A DNA stretch of 64,000 nucleotides from an uncultured Ignavibacteriales bacterium (GTDB lineage: Bacteria > Zixibacteria > MSB-5A5 > GN15 > JAAZOE01), in the NCBI GenBank assembly GCA_964611355.1, contig CAZSYD010000001.1, forward strand, positions 66,745-130,744. Reading direction: 5' to 3'. The translations under genes and the position numbers were made by a program. The notes under the pieces are model-generated. The model did not search any database. It saw only the letters and a list, made by a program, of their open reading frames with translations, and was not told where the DNA came from. This document shows positions 50,602-59,651 of this stretch, one piece after another (positions within the stretch are counted from its first letter, which is position 1; each line of letters starts with the position of its first letter).

Positions 50602-50719
50602 AATGCCATAGATTGCATGATTTTCACATGCCTGTTATTGTTAAAATATTTTTCTTTTTTTGCTTCCGTCGTGCCGACATATTCCACCAATCGAATAGTA
50701 AAGGGCAAGCGAGGTTGAT

Positions 50720-51967
50720 TTGAAAAAGTATATCGTAATAGGGGCGGCCGTCATTGTCTTAATAATAATTCTGGTTCTTGGATTTTCCGGGCCGTCCCGG
50801 TCTATACCAACGATCCGGGCAAAACGGGGCGGATTTATTATTTCTCTTTCGGAAAACGGCCGCCTTGATGCGCAGCGTTCGGTGACCATCTCGGCCCCGC
50901 GCATCCGGGGAGGTCTGCAGATAGTCAAACTGGCCGAAGAAGGCTCGATCGTTAAAAAAGGCGACTTTCTGGTTCAATTCGATCCGACCGACAAAGAAAC
51001 CACGCTTCGTGACGCCGAAGCGGAGCTGAAAATCACCGAAGCCAACCTGGAGCGGGTCAAAGCTCAGTATGAAATGGATCTCAAACAGCTTGAGTTGGAG
51101 CTCAAGAAAGCCGAACGGAACTACAGCGAAAATCTGTCCGAGGCGCCGGTAATTCGAAAGGAAGCGGAACTGACGCTGGAGTTGGCCCGGTTGACTTATA
51201 AACAAAAGAAAGTTATCCTCGAAGCGGATATCAACAAGCAGCAGGTGGAGGTTGAAAAAGCCCGCGACAAGAGAAATCAGGCCGCCCGCGATCTTCAGAA
51301 TATGACCATTACTGCGCCGATTCCCGGACTGGTGGTTTATATGGAGATATGGAAAGGCGGCACCATGGAGAAAGTCCAGGAGGGCGATTCTCCATGGGGC
51401 GGGCAGGGGCTTATCAACCTGCCGGACCTGTCCGTTATGATCGTGGAAACAACCATTTCGGAGGTTGACGTTTCCAAAGTCGAGATTGGCCGGAAGGCTG
51501 AACTTACGCTCGACGCCATACCGGGTCCGGTCTTTACCGGCACAGTCAGCGAGATCAGCACGCTGGCCCGTCGCAAGGAGAGCGGATCGCAGATAAATGT
51601 CTTTGATCTTGACGTACTTATAGATTCTGCCGACGCTCGCCTGAAACCGGGCATGTCGGCCAAGGTGGATATTATTATCGACGAGTATGATAATGTCCTG
51701 TCGGTGCCGCTCGAAGCAGTTTTTGAGCGTGACGATACCACGGTGGTCTATGCCAAAAGCGGCAAAAAGATTCCGGTGGCGCTGGGGAAACGCAACGATT
51801 ATTCGGTCATAATTACTTCCGGCCTGGAAGAAGGTAGTGAACTGCGTCTTGTGGATCCCATGCGGGAGACTGAGAATTTCACACCTGCCGGCAGCGATGA
51901 AACGCAAAAAACGCAGCCGAGGAAAAGACGCGGCGGCGGCCGTAAAACGGTTATTATCGGTGGATGA
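50720..51967 (+). CDS. MacA/HlyD-like periplasmic adaptor
   Basis: EGSIVKKGD, helical hairpin, APIPG, LKPGMSA. Confidence 0.92.
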   Translation: MKKYIVIGAAVIVLIIILVLGFSGPSRSIPTIRAKRGGFIISLSENGRLDAQRSVTISAPRIRGGLQIVKLAEEGSIVKKGDFLVQFDPTDKETTLRDAEAELKITEANLERVKAQYEMDLKQLELELKKAERNYSENLSEAPVIRKEAELTLELARLTYKQKKVILEADINKQQVEVEKARDKRNQAARDLQNMTITAPIPGLVVYMEIWKGGTMEKVQEGDSPWGGQGLINLPDLSVMIVETTISEVDVSKVEIGRKAELTLDAIPGPVFTGTVSEISTLARRKESGSQINVFDLDVLIDSADARLKPGMSAKVDIIIDEYDNVLSVPLEAVFERDDTTVVYAKSGKKIPVALGKRNDYSVIITSGLEEGSELRLVDPMRETENFTPAGSDETQKTQPRKRRGGGRKTVIIGG

Positions 51968-53256
51968 TGGATTACTATCGGATAACGTCGGTATCTCTCG
52001 AAGCGCTCCGGTCGCATAAATTCCGCACCTTTCTGACCATGCTGGGCATTATTTTCGGCGTGGCGGCGGTTATCGCCATGCTCTCCATCGGTGAAGGGGC
52101 CCGGCAGGATGCGCTGGAACAGATCGAACTTCTGGGCGTCCGAAATATTATCGTCGAAGGAGCTATTCCTTCCGAAGGAAGCGGATCCGATGTAGTGGGG
52201 GGAAGAAGCCCGGGGCTTACTCTGAGGGATGCCGATAACCTGGAGGTTTTTAACGATCTTTTTTCTCGTGTTGTAAGCTGTCATATTACTGACGGTGAAA
52301 AGGTGTATTACGCCGATGCCGAAAGCAACGCCCGGATTGTCGGTACCACGCCGCCGTACCTGTCCGCAATGAATCTTTCCATGCATGACGGTTCCTTCCT
52401 GCGCGGCGAAGATATCTGCGACTACAGCGACGTCTGTGTTGTCAGCGCCGATTTTAAGCGGAATCTGTTTTCCTTTGCCGATCCGATCGGAAAAATGATT
52501 CGTATTCAGGACACCTATTTTACCGTTATCGGGGTTGTCGAGGAAAAGTTTGTGGCCGCTTCAAGGGTCGAAGGGGTCGAGATCAGCAACGTCAACGAAA
52601 ACATCTATATTCCCCTTACTACGGCCATCAAAAAAATTCATCGCAATGCCGATTACGCCGCTACCCGTTCAGGCGAAGGAGATGCCGCCCGTTACAGATT
52701 CAATATGGACGAGGTGGATCAGATAATACTCCAGGTCCGCGACGGGCAGGATATTCCAACGGTGGCGTCATTTGTCAGGCGGGTTATGGAACGCCGCCAC
52801 CGGGGTATCCCCGATTACAACGTTATCGTTCCCGAGGCGCTTCTGGCCCAGAGTCAGAAAACCCAGCGGATTTTTAACATCGTCATGGGCGCTATCGCGG
52901 GTATTTCGCTTTTGGTGGGCGGAATAGGGATCATGAACATCATGCTGGCCTCGGTTCTGGAACGAACGCACGAGATCGGCATTCGGCGGGCAGTCGGGGC
53001 CAGCCGTAAAGATATCATGAGTCAATTCCTGATCGAATCGGTAACGATTTGCCTTATCGGTTGTTTTTTCGGCGTATTTTGCGGCCTGGTTCTGGCCATG
53101 ACAATCTCGGCCTACGCCGACTGGCGAACGATTATTTCAATTTTTTCGATTTTTCTTTCGGTTGGTGTATCGGCCGCGGTGGGAATCATCTTCGGTTTTT
53201 TCCCGGCCCGTAAAGCGGCTATGCTTGATCCGATAGAGGCGCTTCGATACGAATAA
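51964..53256 (+). CDS. MacB/FtsX-like ABC permease (no fused ATPase)
   Basis: LTMLGIIFGVAAV, VGGIGIMNIM, ERTHEIGIRRAVGA, DPIEALRYE. Confidence 0.95.
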   Translation: MMDYYRITSVSLEALRSHKFRTFLTMLGIIFGVAAVIAMLSIGEGARQDALEQIELLGVRNIIVEGAIPSEGSGSDVVGGRSPGLTLRDADNLEVFNDLFSRVVSCHITDGEKVYYADAESNARIVGTTPPYLSAMNLSMHDGSFLRGEDICDYSDVCVVSADFKRNLFSFADPIGKMIRIQDTYFTVIGVVEEKFVAASRVEGVEISNVNENIYIPLTTAIKKIHRNADYAATRSGEGDAARYRFNMDEVDQIILQVRDGQDIPTVASFVRRVMERRHRGIPDYNVIVPEALLAQSQKTQRIFNIVMGAIAGISLLVGGIGIMNIMLASVLERTHEIGIRRAVGASRKDIMSQFLIESVTICLIGCFFGVFCGLVLAMTISAYADWRTIISIFSIFLSVGVSAAVGIIFGFFPARKAAMLDPIEALRYE

Positions 53257-53262
53257 CCGGGA

Positions 53263-54753
53263 GTGATTATGCCAAGGATTGCTGTCGTCTTGTTTATTGT
53301 TTTGAATCTTGTGGCCGTTTCGGTGGCGGGTGAAACGATTACCCTCAAAGAAACGCTTGACCGCCTGGTAACTCGAACCACCCGGGCGCGGATAATTACC
53401 GGTCAGCGGGAAGTGGCAAAGGCGAAATTCAGCGCAGAAAAAATCGGTTATTACCTTCCCAAGATTTCGTTTTCCACTCTTCCCGAGTATGGAATCAGCG
53501 AGGATTACACGTCGTACTTCGGCATCTCCGACCCGATTTCTTTCAAAAGCGCCAGCGCCTCCGGCTACGGTAACATACAATTGAAGCAGAAGGTCCTTAC
53601 CGGCGGGGATTTAACATTTGAGAGCCGGTTTAATATCAGCAATATTGAATACCCCGATCCCGTTTATGAATTTATTGAAGGTCGGCAAACGGTAAGAGAC
53701 ATCAATACGGCCACCGACAAACGCCGGTTGGGCAATTTCAAACTTCAATTTATTCAGCCGCTTTTAAGGACTTCGGAGTCGCGGTCGGCCTATTTGACGG
53801 CGCGGAGTAACGTGAATAAAGCGGACGTGGAATGGCGCATTAATCAGACTGATCTTAAAAAGGAGGGTATTACCGCTTTTTTCGATCTGCTCACGGCCGA
53901 CATTGATCGTCAAATCGCCGAAAGCAACAGTCAACTGGCCGATTACAACGCAGGGTGGGATTCGGTAAAATTCGATGATGAAGTAATTACCGAAGAAGCC
54001 TGGGTCGAAAGTAAATCGGAACGGCTCGAAAAAAAACTGGCTCTTTTTGACGCTCAGGCGAATTACGAGGAAAAGATCAACGATTTTAGCCATCTCCTTG
54101 ATTTTCCGTCCGGGCGCGAAGTTACGCTTGAGTCGCCATCCATACCCCGGCGGCCTGATTCCCGGAAAGCGCAGTGGCTTCTCGATAACGCCGAAACAAC
54201 CGGTGAAACCGAACTGGCCCGCATTGCCATGGAGACCGCCCGGCGCGAACTGGATGAAGTCAGAAATTCGGCGGGAATAAATGGCACGCTGAACGCTTCG
54301 TACGCCATCGGCCGTGGAACCGTTACGCGCAGTAAGGAGAAGGGCGAATCTGAAGAGGACGTTGATACCAAGGACTGGCAGGTTTCGCTTAATTTTACTT
54401 ATCCGATCTGGGACGGCGGAGCTGCCGGGGCCGGCATTCACTCACAGGAGCTAACCTACGAATCCAAGCACCTGGAATACCAGGCCGCCCGGCGAAACGC
54501 CCGAAACAAAATGCTGATCCTGCTCAAGCGTCTGGAAATAAACGGTTCCAAGCTGGCCCTTCTGGAACAGGAACTGGAATTGGCCCGGAATAAACTGCGT
54601 GATGCAGAAGGCAGGCATAATGAGGGGTTGATATCGGATGGGGCGCTTTTGGAAAACCGCGTCTACTGCATGGAAGCGCAAAAAAACAGTCTGACTACCA
54701 TGAAGGGCTATTATCTTGACCTGACCGAACTGGAAAAGAGCGAACCGGAATAG
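53263..54753 (+). CDS. TolC family outer-membrane protein
   Basis: Signal peptide, YLPKIS, QPLL, YPIWDGG, helical repeats. Confidence 0.8.
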   Translation: MIMPRIAVVLFIVLNLVAVSVAGETITLKETLDRLVTRTTRARIITGQREVAKAKFSAEKIGYYLPKISFSTLPEYGISEDYTSYFGISDPISFKSASASGYGNIQLKQKVLTGGDLTFESRFNISNIEYPDPVYEFIEGRQTVRDINTATDKRRLGNFKLQFIQPLLRTSESRSAYLTARSNVNKADVEWRINQTDLKKEGITAFFDLLTADIDRQIAESNSQLADYNAGWDSVKFDDEVITEEAWVESKSERLEKKLALFDAQANYEEKINDFSHLLDFPSGREVTLESPSIPRRPDSRKAQWLLDNAETTGETELARIAMETARRELDEVRNSAGINGTLNASYAIGRGTVTRSKEKGESEEDVDTKDWQVSLNFTYPIWDGGAAGAGIHSQELTYESKHLEYQAARRNARNKMLILLKRLEINGSKLALLEQELELARNKLRDAEGRHNEGLISDGALLENRVYCMEAQKNSLTTMKGYYLDLTELEKSEPE

Positions 54754-55770
54754 ATGAAGCTGATTATTCGCGCCCCCAACTGGGTGGGCGACGGTGTCAT
54801 GGCTTTACCGGCTGTGGACAACGCTCGAGATATTACCGGCGCCGACTATATTGCGGTCATGGCTCGCGGCGCAACCGCACCGCTTTACGGCAATCATCCC
54901 GACGTTGATCGCGTTATAGTCATCGACGATAAAAACTCCGGGCTATTCGGCGCGCGCCGCGCGGCCGAATTGATTAAAGATGACAGGTATGACGTCGGAG
55001 TGATTCTGCCGCCGTCGTTTTCATCGGCTTTGATTTTCAAAATGGGAGGCGTCGCCGGACGGGCGGGATATGTGGGCGACCGGCGTTCGCTGCTTTTGAC
55101 CCGAGCCGTCAAACCGCCGAAAGAAAAAATGCACAGAGTTAGACGCTACCTGTACCTGTTTGAGAAATTGACCGGCCGAAAACTCGATTTCCGAGCGCCT
55201 CGTCTTTATTTATCACACGAAGATATAGCAAACGGCGAGAAGATACTCGCGGAACATTCCTTATCGTACGATGATAAGTATATCGCCATATCACCGCGCG
55301 CCGTGGCCGAGTCCCGCCGGTGGGGAGTCGATAATTACGGCCGGTTAGCCGCTTGCATAACATCTGAAATGAATTGTAAGGTTGTTCTGATCGGTTCGAA
55401 AGCCGATTTTGAAGCGAGCCGGGAGGTAAGAGTCGCCGGTGGAGTGAATACCGTCAACCTGTGTGGCAAAACGCCATTAATGGCAGCAGCGGCGATATTG
55501 TCGTTTGCCCGCCTTTTTGTGGGCAACGATTCCGGACTGGCCCATCTGGCCGGCGCAGTCGATTGTCCGGTGGTGGTTCTTTCCGGCCCCGATGACCCGG
55601 AGGAGACTTCTCCGATGTGTAAAAAGAAGAAAGTCATTATCAGGGATATCGATTGCATCAGTTGCGTCAAAAACGTCTGTCCCAAATCGGGGGACGATTT
55701 CATGCGCTGCATGAAGCTTATTACGGTCGATGAGGTGTTTGATGCCGCGAAAGAGATCGTTAAAACATAA
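54754..55770 (+). CDS. waaF: LPS heptosyltransferase II (GT9)
   Basis: PNWVGDGVM, LCGKT, NDSGLAHLA. Confidence 0.9.
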   Translation: MKLIIRAPNWVGDGVMALPAVDNARDITGADYIAVMARGATAPLYGNHPDVDRVIVIDDKNSGLFGARRAAELIKDDRYDVGVILPPSFSSALIFKMGGVAGRAGYVGDRRSLLLTRAVKPPKEKMHRVRRYLYLFEKLTGRKLDFRAPRLYLSHEDIANGEKILAEHSLSYDDKYIAISPRAVAESRRWGVDNYGRLAACITSEMNCKVVLIGSKADFEASREVRVAGGVNTVNLCGKTPLMAAAAILSFARLFVGNDSGLAHLAGAVDCPVVVLSGPDDPEETSPMCKKKKVIIRDIDCISCVKNVCPKSGDDFMRCMKLITVDEVFDAAKEIVKT

Positions 55771-56644
55771 AGTCGGCGTGATCGGAACGATCAATCGTGA
55801 TACCATTCTTCGCCGTGACGGGAGTCGAGTCGATTCATACGGCGGCATCCTTTACAACCTGAAATACCTGTGCAAAAGCAAATCGATTACGGCAATCCCC
55901 GCGGTCAACATTGGAGCGGATAGCTATAAACCAATAACGGCAATATTAAAAGGCTTCAGCAACATCGATCTTTCGCTTATCCGCAGAGTTGATGCGGAAA
56001 ACAATCACTGCTTTATGCGTTACGGCAATCAGTCGCATAAATGCGAATTCCTGAAGGGCGGCGTACCGCCGTTGACTTACAGCCGCGTCAAACCTTTGCT
56101 CGATGCCGACCTGGTTCTTGTCAATTTCATTACAGGAAACGATGTCAAACTCTCCGCACTGGAAAGACTGCGAGCGGAATATAGGGGGATTATTTATATC
56201 GATATTCATTCGCTTACACTGGGGCGGAAAAAAGTTAAGGGCGGTGTTCGCCGCCATCTGCGGCAACCCCGCTACTGGCGGCGTTATGTAGATTGCGCCG
56301 ATATTTTGCAGGTCAACCGGGCTGAATTTGAAATCCTCTCGGGAACGAGTTTCTCCCGATGCAACGCCGTATCTTTTTTTGAAAATCATCTGCCTTCTAC
56401 GAGATGCCTGAACGTTACTCTGGGCAGGGAGGGAGCCATGATTATCTACCGGAAGAGGCGGATAATCAGCAGATTGAAGCCCTCCATAAAAGTCAGAACG
56501 GTTTATGACACCACCGGCTGCGGCGATATTTTCGCCGCCGGTTTTATAACCGAATATCTTGATTCGGGCAGCTTTATTAGGGCTACCGCCGAAGGCCATC
56601 GCCTGGCTGCGGCGCGATGTCAGGCTAAGGGTAGGATATTTTAA
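55742..56644 (+). CDS. PfkB family carbohydrate kinase
   Basis: GG..YN, VNRAE, VTLG, DTTGCGDIF. Confidence 0.87.
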   Translation: MPRKRSLKHKVGVIGTINRDTILRRDGSRVDSYGGILYNLKYLCKSKSITAIPAVNIGADSYKPITAILKGFSNIDLSLIRRVDAENNHCFMRYGNQSHKCEFLKGGVPPLTYSRVKPLLDADLVLVNFITGNDVKLSALERLRAEYRGIIYIDIHSLTLGRKKVKGGVRRHLRQPRYWRRYVDCADILQVNRAEFEILSGTSFSRCNAVSFFENHLPSTRCLNVTLGREGAMIIYRKRRIISRLKPSIKVRTVYDTTGCGDIFAAGFITEYLDSGSFIRATAEGHRLAAARCQAKGRIF

Positions 56645-56741
56645 TGATTTTACTTATTTTTCGGCCGGACGCTTGACCTGATAACAAACCTTGATTATTT
56701 ATCCTTCAAAATCTCTACTAAACCAACCAAACGGAGGGTCA

Positions 56742-58184
56742 ATGAAAGATAAACTCAAAGAATGTATGGACTGGCTAAAGACCAAAGGGGTCGAATATGC
56801 CGACGGCCGGTTTGTACGATGCGAGACCGAGTCGATTCAGGTGACCAACGGCAACGTCGAAGGCATGGCGCGCAATCTCGATGTCGGCGTCGGTATTCGC
56901 GTTATCGCCAACGGCGCCTGGGGCTTTGCCGCCACGGCTGTGCTGACGCCGGCGGAATTGAAAAAAACGGCCAACAAGGCATTACAGGTCGCCAAAGCCT
57001 CGGCCATGACGCTTCGGGAGCCGGTAAAGCTGGCGGAGCAGGAACCGTTTGTTGACTATTACAGGACGCCCTGCGAAAAAGATCCCTTCGAAGTGCCGAC
57101 CGACGAAAAGCTCGATCTGCTTCTTGATTGCTGTAAAGAACTTCGCAAATCGAAAGCAATCAGGAAGGCGGAAGCCTCGATGAAATTTTTCAAAACCAAC
57201 AAGCTTTTCATCTCCACCGAAGGTGCCGAAATCGAGCAGGATATCATTGAATCGGGAGCGGGATTCGAAGTGCTTGCCGTAAAGGGAAAAGAAGTGCAAA
57301 AACGTTCATACCCCAACTCACACGGCGGCGATTTCGCCACTCGCGGATATGAATTTATCGAGGAAATGAATCTTATGGATCATACCGACCGGGTTAGAGA
57401 GGAAGCGATTGCGCTTCTCTCTGCCGCGCCGTGTCCCGATACAGTGACGACGGTGATTATCACCGGCTCACAGATGGCTTTACAGGTGCACGAATCGAAC
57501 GGTCATCCGACCGAACTTGACCGCGTGCTGGGGACGGAGATTTCACTGGCGGGCGGGTCGTTTTTGACCGTTGACAAACTGGGCAAACTTAAATACGGAT
57601 CCGATATCGTCAACATCACCGCCGACGCGACCATTGAGGGAGGCCTGGGGAGCTTCGGATACGACGACGAAGGAGTCAGGGCTCAGCGGACGCCGATTAT
57701 CGAAAACGGTCTCTTTGTCGGATATTTGACCAGCCGCGAAACGGCTCCGGTTATCGGCAAGCGTTCCAACGGCACGATGAGAGCCGATGGCTGGAACCGC
57801 ATTCCCCTTATCCGAATGACCAATATCAACCTTGAACCCGGAGAGTGGAAACTCGACGATCTTATCGCCGACACCAAAGATGGGATACTCCTTGACATTA
57901 ACAAAAGCTGGTCAATCGACGACAAGCGGCTCAATTTTCAGTTCGGCGTTGAATGTGCCTGGGAAATAAAAAACGGGAAACGGGGGCGGATGTTCAAAAA
58001 TCCGGTCTATACCGGAATAACGCCCGAGTTCTGGAATTCCTGTGACGCCATCTGCGACAGAGATCACTGGCGTGTTTGGGGAGTGCCTAATTGCGGCAAG
58101 GGGGAACCGATGCAGACTGCTCACGTCGCCCATGGTACTTCTCCGGCCCGATTTCGGAATATTAAAGTGGGGGTGAGCAAATGA
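56742..58184 (+). CDS. tldD: TldD metalloprotease (pair 2)
   Basis: VHESNGHPTELD, YDDEG, RMTN, CGKGEP. Confidence 0.93.
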   Translation: MKDKLKECMDWLKTKGVEYADGRFVRCETESIQVTNGNVEGMARNLDVGVGIRVIANGAWGFAATAVLTPAELKKTANKALQVAKASAMTLREPVKLAEQEPFVDYYRTPCEKDPFEVPTDEKLDLLLDCCKELRKSKAIRKAEASMKFFKTNKLFISTEGAEIEQDIIESGAGFEVLAVKGKEVQKRSYPNSHGGDFATRGYEFIEEMNLMDHTDRVREEAIALLSAAPCPDTVTTVIITGSQMALQVHESNGHPTELDRVLGTEISLAGGSFLTVDKLGKLKYGSDIVNITADATIEGGLGSFGYDDEGVRAQRTPIIENGLFVGYLTSRETAPVIGKRSNGTMRADGWNRIPLIRMTNINLEPGEWKLDDLIADTKDGILLDINKSWSIDDKRLNFQFGVECAWEIKNGKRGRMFKNPVYTGITPEFWNSCDAICDRDHWRVWGVPNCGKGEPMQTAHVAHGTSPARFRNIKVGVSK

Positions 58185-59533
58185 TTGGAAAAGAGAAACT
58201 TTTTGCCAAGCTCGATAAGGTCCTGTCCCGGTCGAAAGCCGACGAAACCGAAATAGTATTCGTTGGCGAGGAATCGGGACTGACCCGCTATGCCAATTCC
58301 GCTATTCATCAGAACGTTTACGAAAACAATGCCAGTGTATTTTTCCGCTCGATTTTAGGCAAAAAGATTGGAGTAGCCTCGACCAACTCACTGGTTGCCT
58401 CCGACCTTGAGAAAACGCTGGATGATTCCTGCGAAATTGCCCGAAACCAGCCGGAGAATCCGGATTTCCCCGGCTTGCCGAAACCGGCCAAATATAAAAG
58501 CCTTAATACTTTCAATGAAAGAACAGCTCGATTTTCCCCGCGGGATCGGGCGCAGGTAGTCAAAAAGATAATTAAAGCGGCCGACCGGAAAGGATTTAAT
58601 CTGGCTGGCGCTTTTTCCACCGCCTCAAGTGAGATAGCCGTCCTGAATTCCAAAGGCGTCCGGGCTTATCAGCCGGTTACTGCAGCTTCGATCAATATGA
58701 TTGCCATGTCGGATACTTCTTCCGGTTATGCCGCCGGTATTTCGCGAAACGTGGATGACATCGATTTCGCCGGACTCATCTCACTGGCAGTTGATAAGTG
58801 TGAACGCTCGCAAAACCCGCAGCCAATTGAACCTGGCGAATACGAAGTCCTGCTTGAACCGGCGGCGGTGGCCTCTCTTCTGGAATGGCTGAACTATATC
58901 GGTTTCGGCGCCAAGTCGTTTATGGAAAAGACCTCGTTTCTGGCCGGAAAAACCGGCAAAAAGATTACCTCGAATTTGATCACCATCTATGACAACGCGC
59001 TTGACCGGAAATCGATGGCGTTTCCCTTCGATATGGAAGGGGTTCCGAAAAAGCGGGTGCCTTTCATTGACAAGGGAATAGCCAGAGGTGCTGTCTACAA
59101 TACCCTATGGGGCAAAAAAGCCAAGATTCGATCAACCGGCCATGCCCTCACTCCGGATCAGGCCGCCTTTGGACCGCTTGCGTTGAACGTGGTGGTTGCG
59201 CCCGGGAAAACCAAACGTGATAAAATGATCGAGAAAGTTAAGAAGGGTATTTTGATCACCCGGTTCCATTACATAAACGGTTACATTGACACTCCCAACG
59301 CCGTTTTAACCGGCATGACGCGTGATGGAACTTTTCTGATCGAAGACGGCGAAATCCGTTGCGGAATCAAGAATCTTCGTTTCACCGATGCTATGCTCCG
59401 GGCTTTCAAGTCAACGGTGGCGATTTCGAGGGAAACGGAACTGGTTGAATCGTGGTGGAGTTCGGTGGGCTGCCTTAAGGTCCCGGCAATACATCTGGGA
59501 TCGTTTAAGTTCACGGGCAAAACGGATTTTTAG
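58181..59533 (+). CDS. PmbA/TldE family protein (pair 2)
   Basis: TRYANS, FDMEG, TGMTRDG, NLRF; no HExxxH. Confidence 0.9.
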   Translation: MIGKEKLFAKLDKVLSRSKADETEIVFVGEESGLTRYANSAIHQNVYENNASVFFRSILGKKIGVASTNSLVASDLEKTLDDSCEIARNQPENPDFPGLPKPAKYKSLNTFNERTARFSPRDRAQVVKKIIKAADRKGFNLAGAFSTASSEIAVLNSKGVRAYQPVTAASINMIAMSDTSSGYAAGISRNVDDIDFAGLISLAVDKCERSQNPQPIEPGEYEVLLEPAAVASLLEWLNYIGFGAKSFMEKTSFLAGKTGKKITSNLITIYDNALDRKSMAFPFDMEGVPKKRVPFIDKGIARGAVYNTLWGKKAKIRSTGHALTPDQAAFGPLALNVVVAPGKTKRDKMIEKVKKGILITRFHYINGYIDTPNAVLTGMTRDGTFLIEDGEIRCGIKNLRFTDAMLRAFKSTVAISRETELVESWWSSVGCLKVPAIHLGSFKFTGKTDF

Positions 59534-59549
59534 ACTTCCCCGGCCGAAG

Positions 59550-59581
59550 AAAAAAAGCCCGCCGTGTAGCGGGCTTTTTTT
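59550..59581. terminator. Intrinsic terminator
   Basis: AAAAAAAGCCCGC-cgtgta-GCGGGCTTTTTTT. Confidence 0.85.
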
Positions 59582-59651
59582 ATACGGTGAAACCATTGCC
59601 CTGTAATATCGTAATGAGTACTGGATAAAATTATCAGCGGAGGAAGGAAAA

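Noticed and set aside
50759..51907. 382-aa minus-strand ORF and similar short overlapping ORFs in the track
   Set aside because: Antisense or alternate-frame shadows of well-supported genes.
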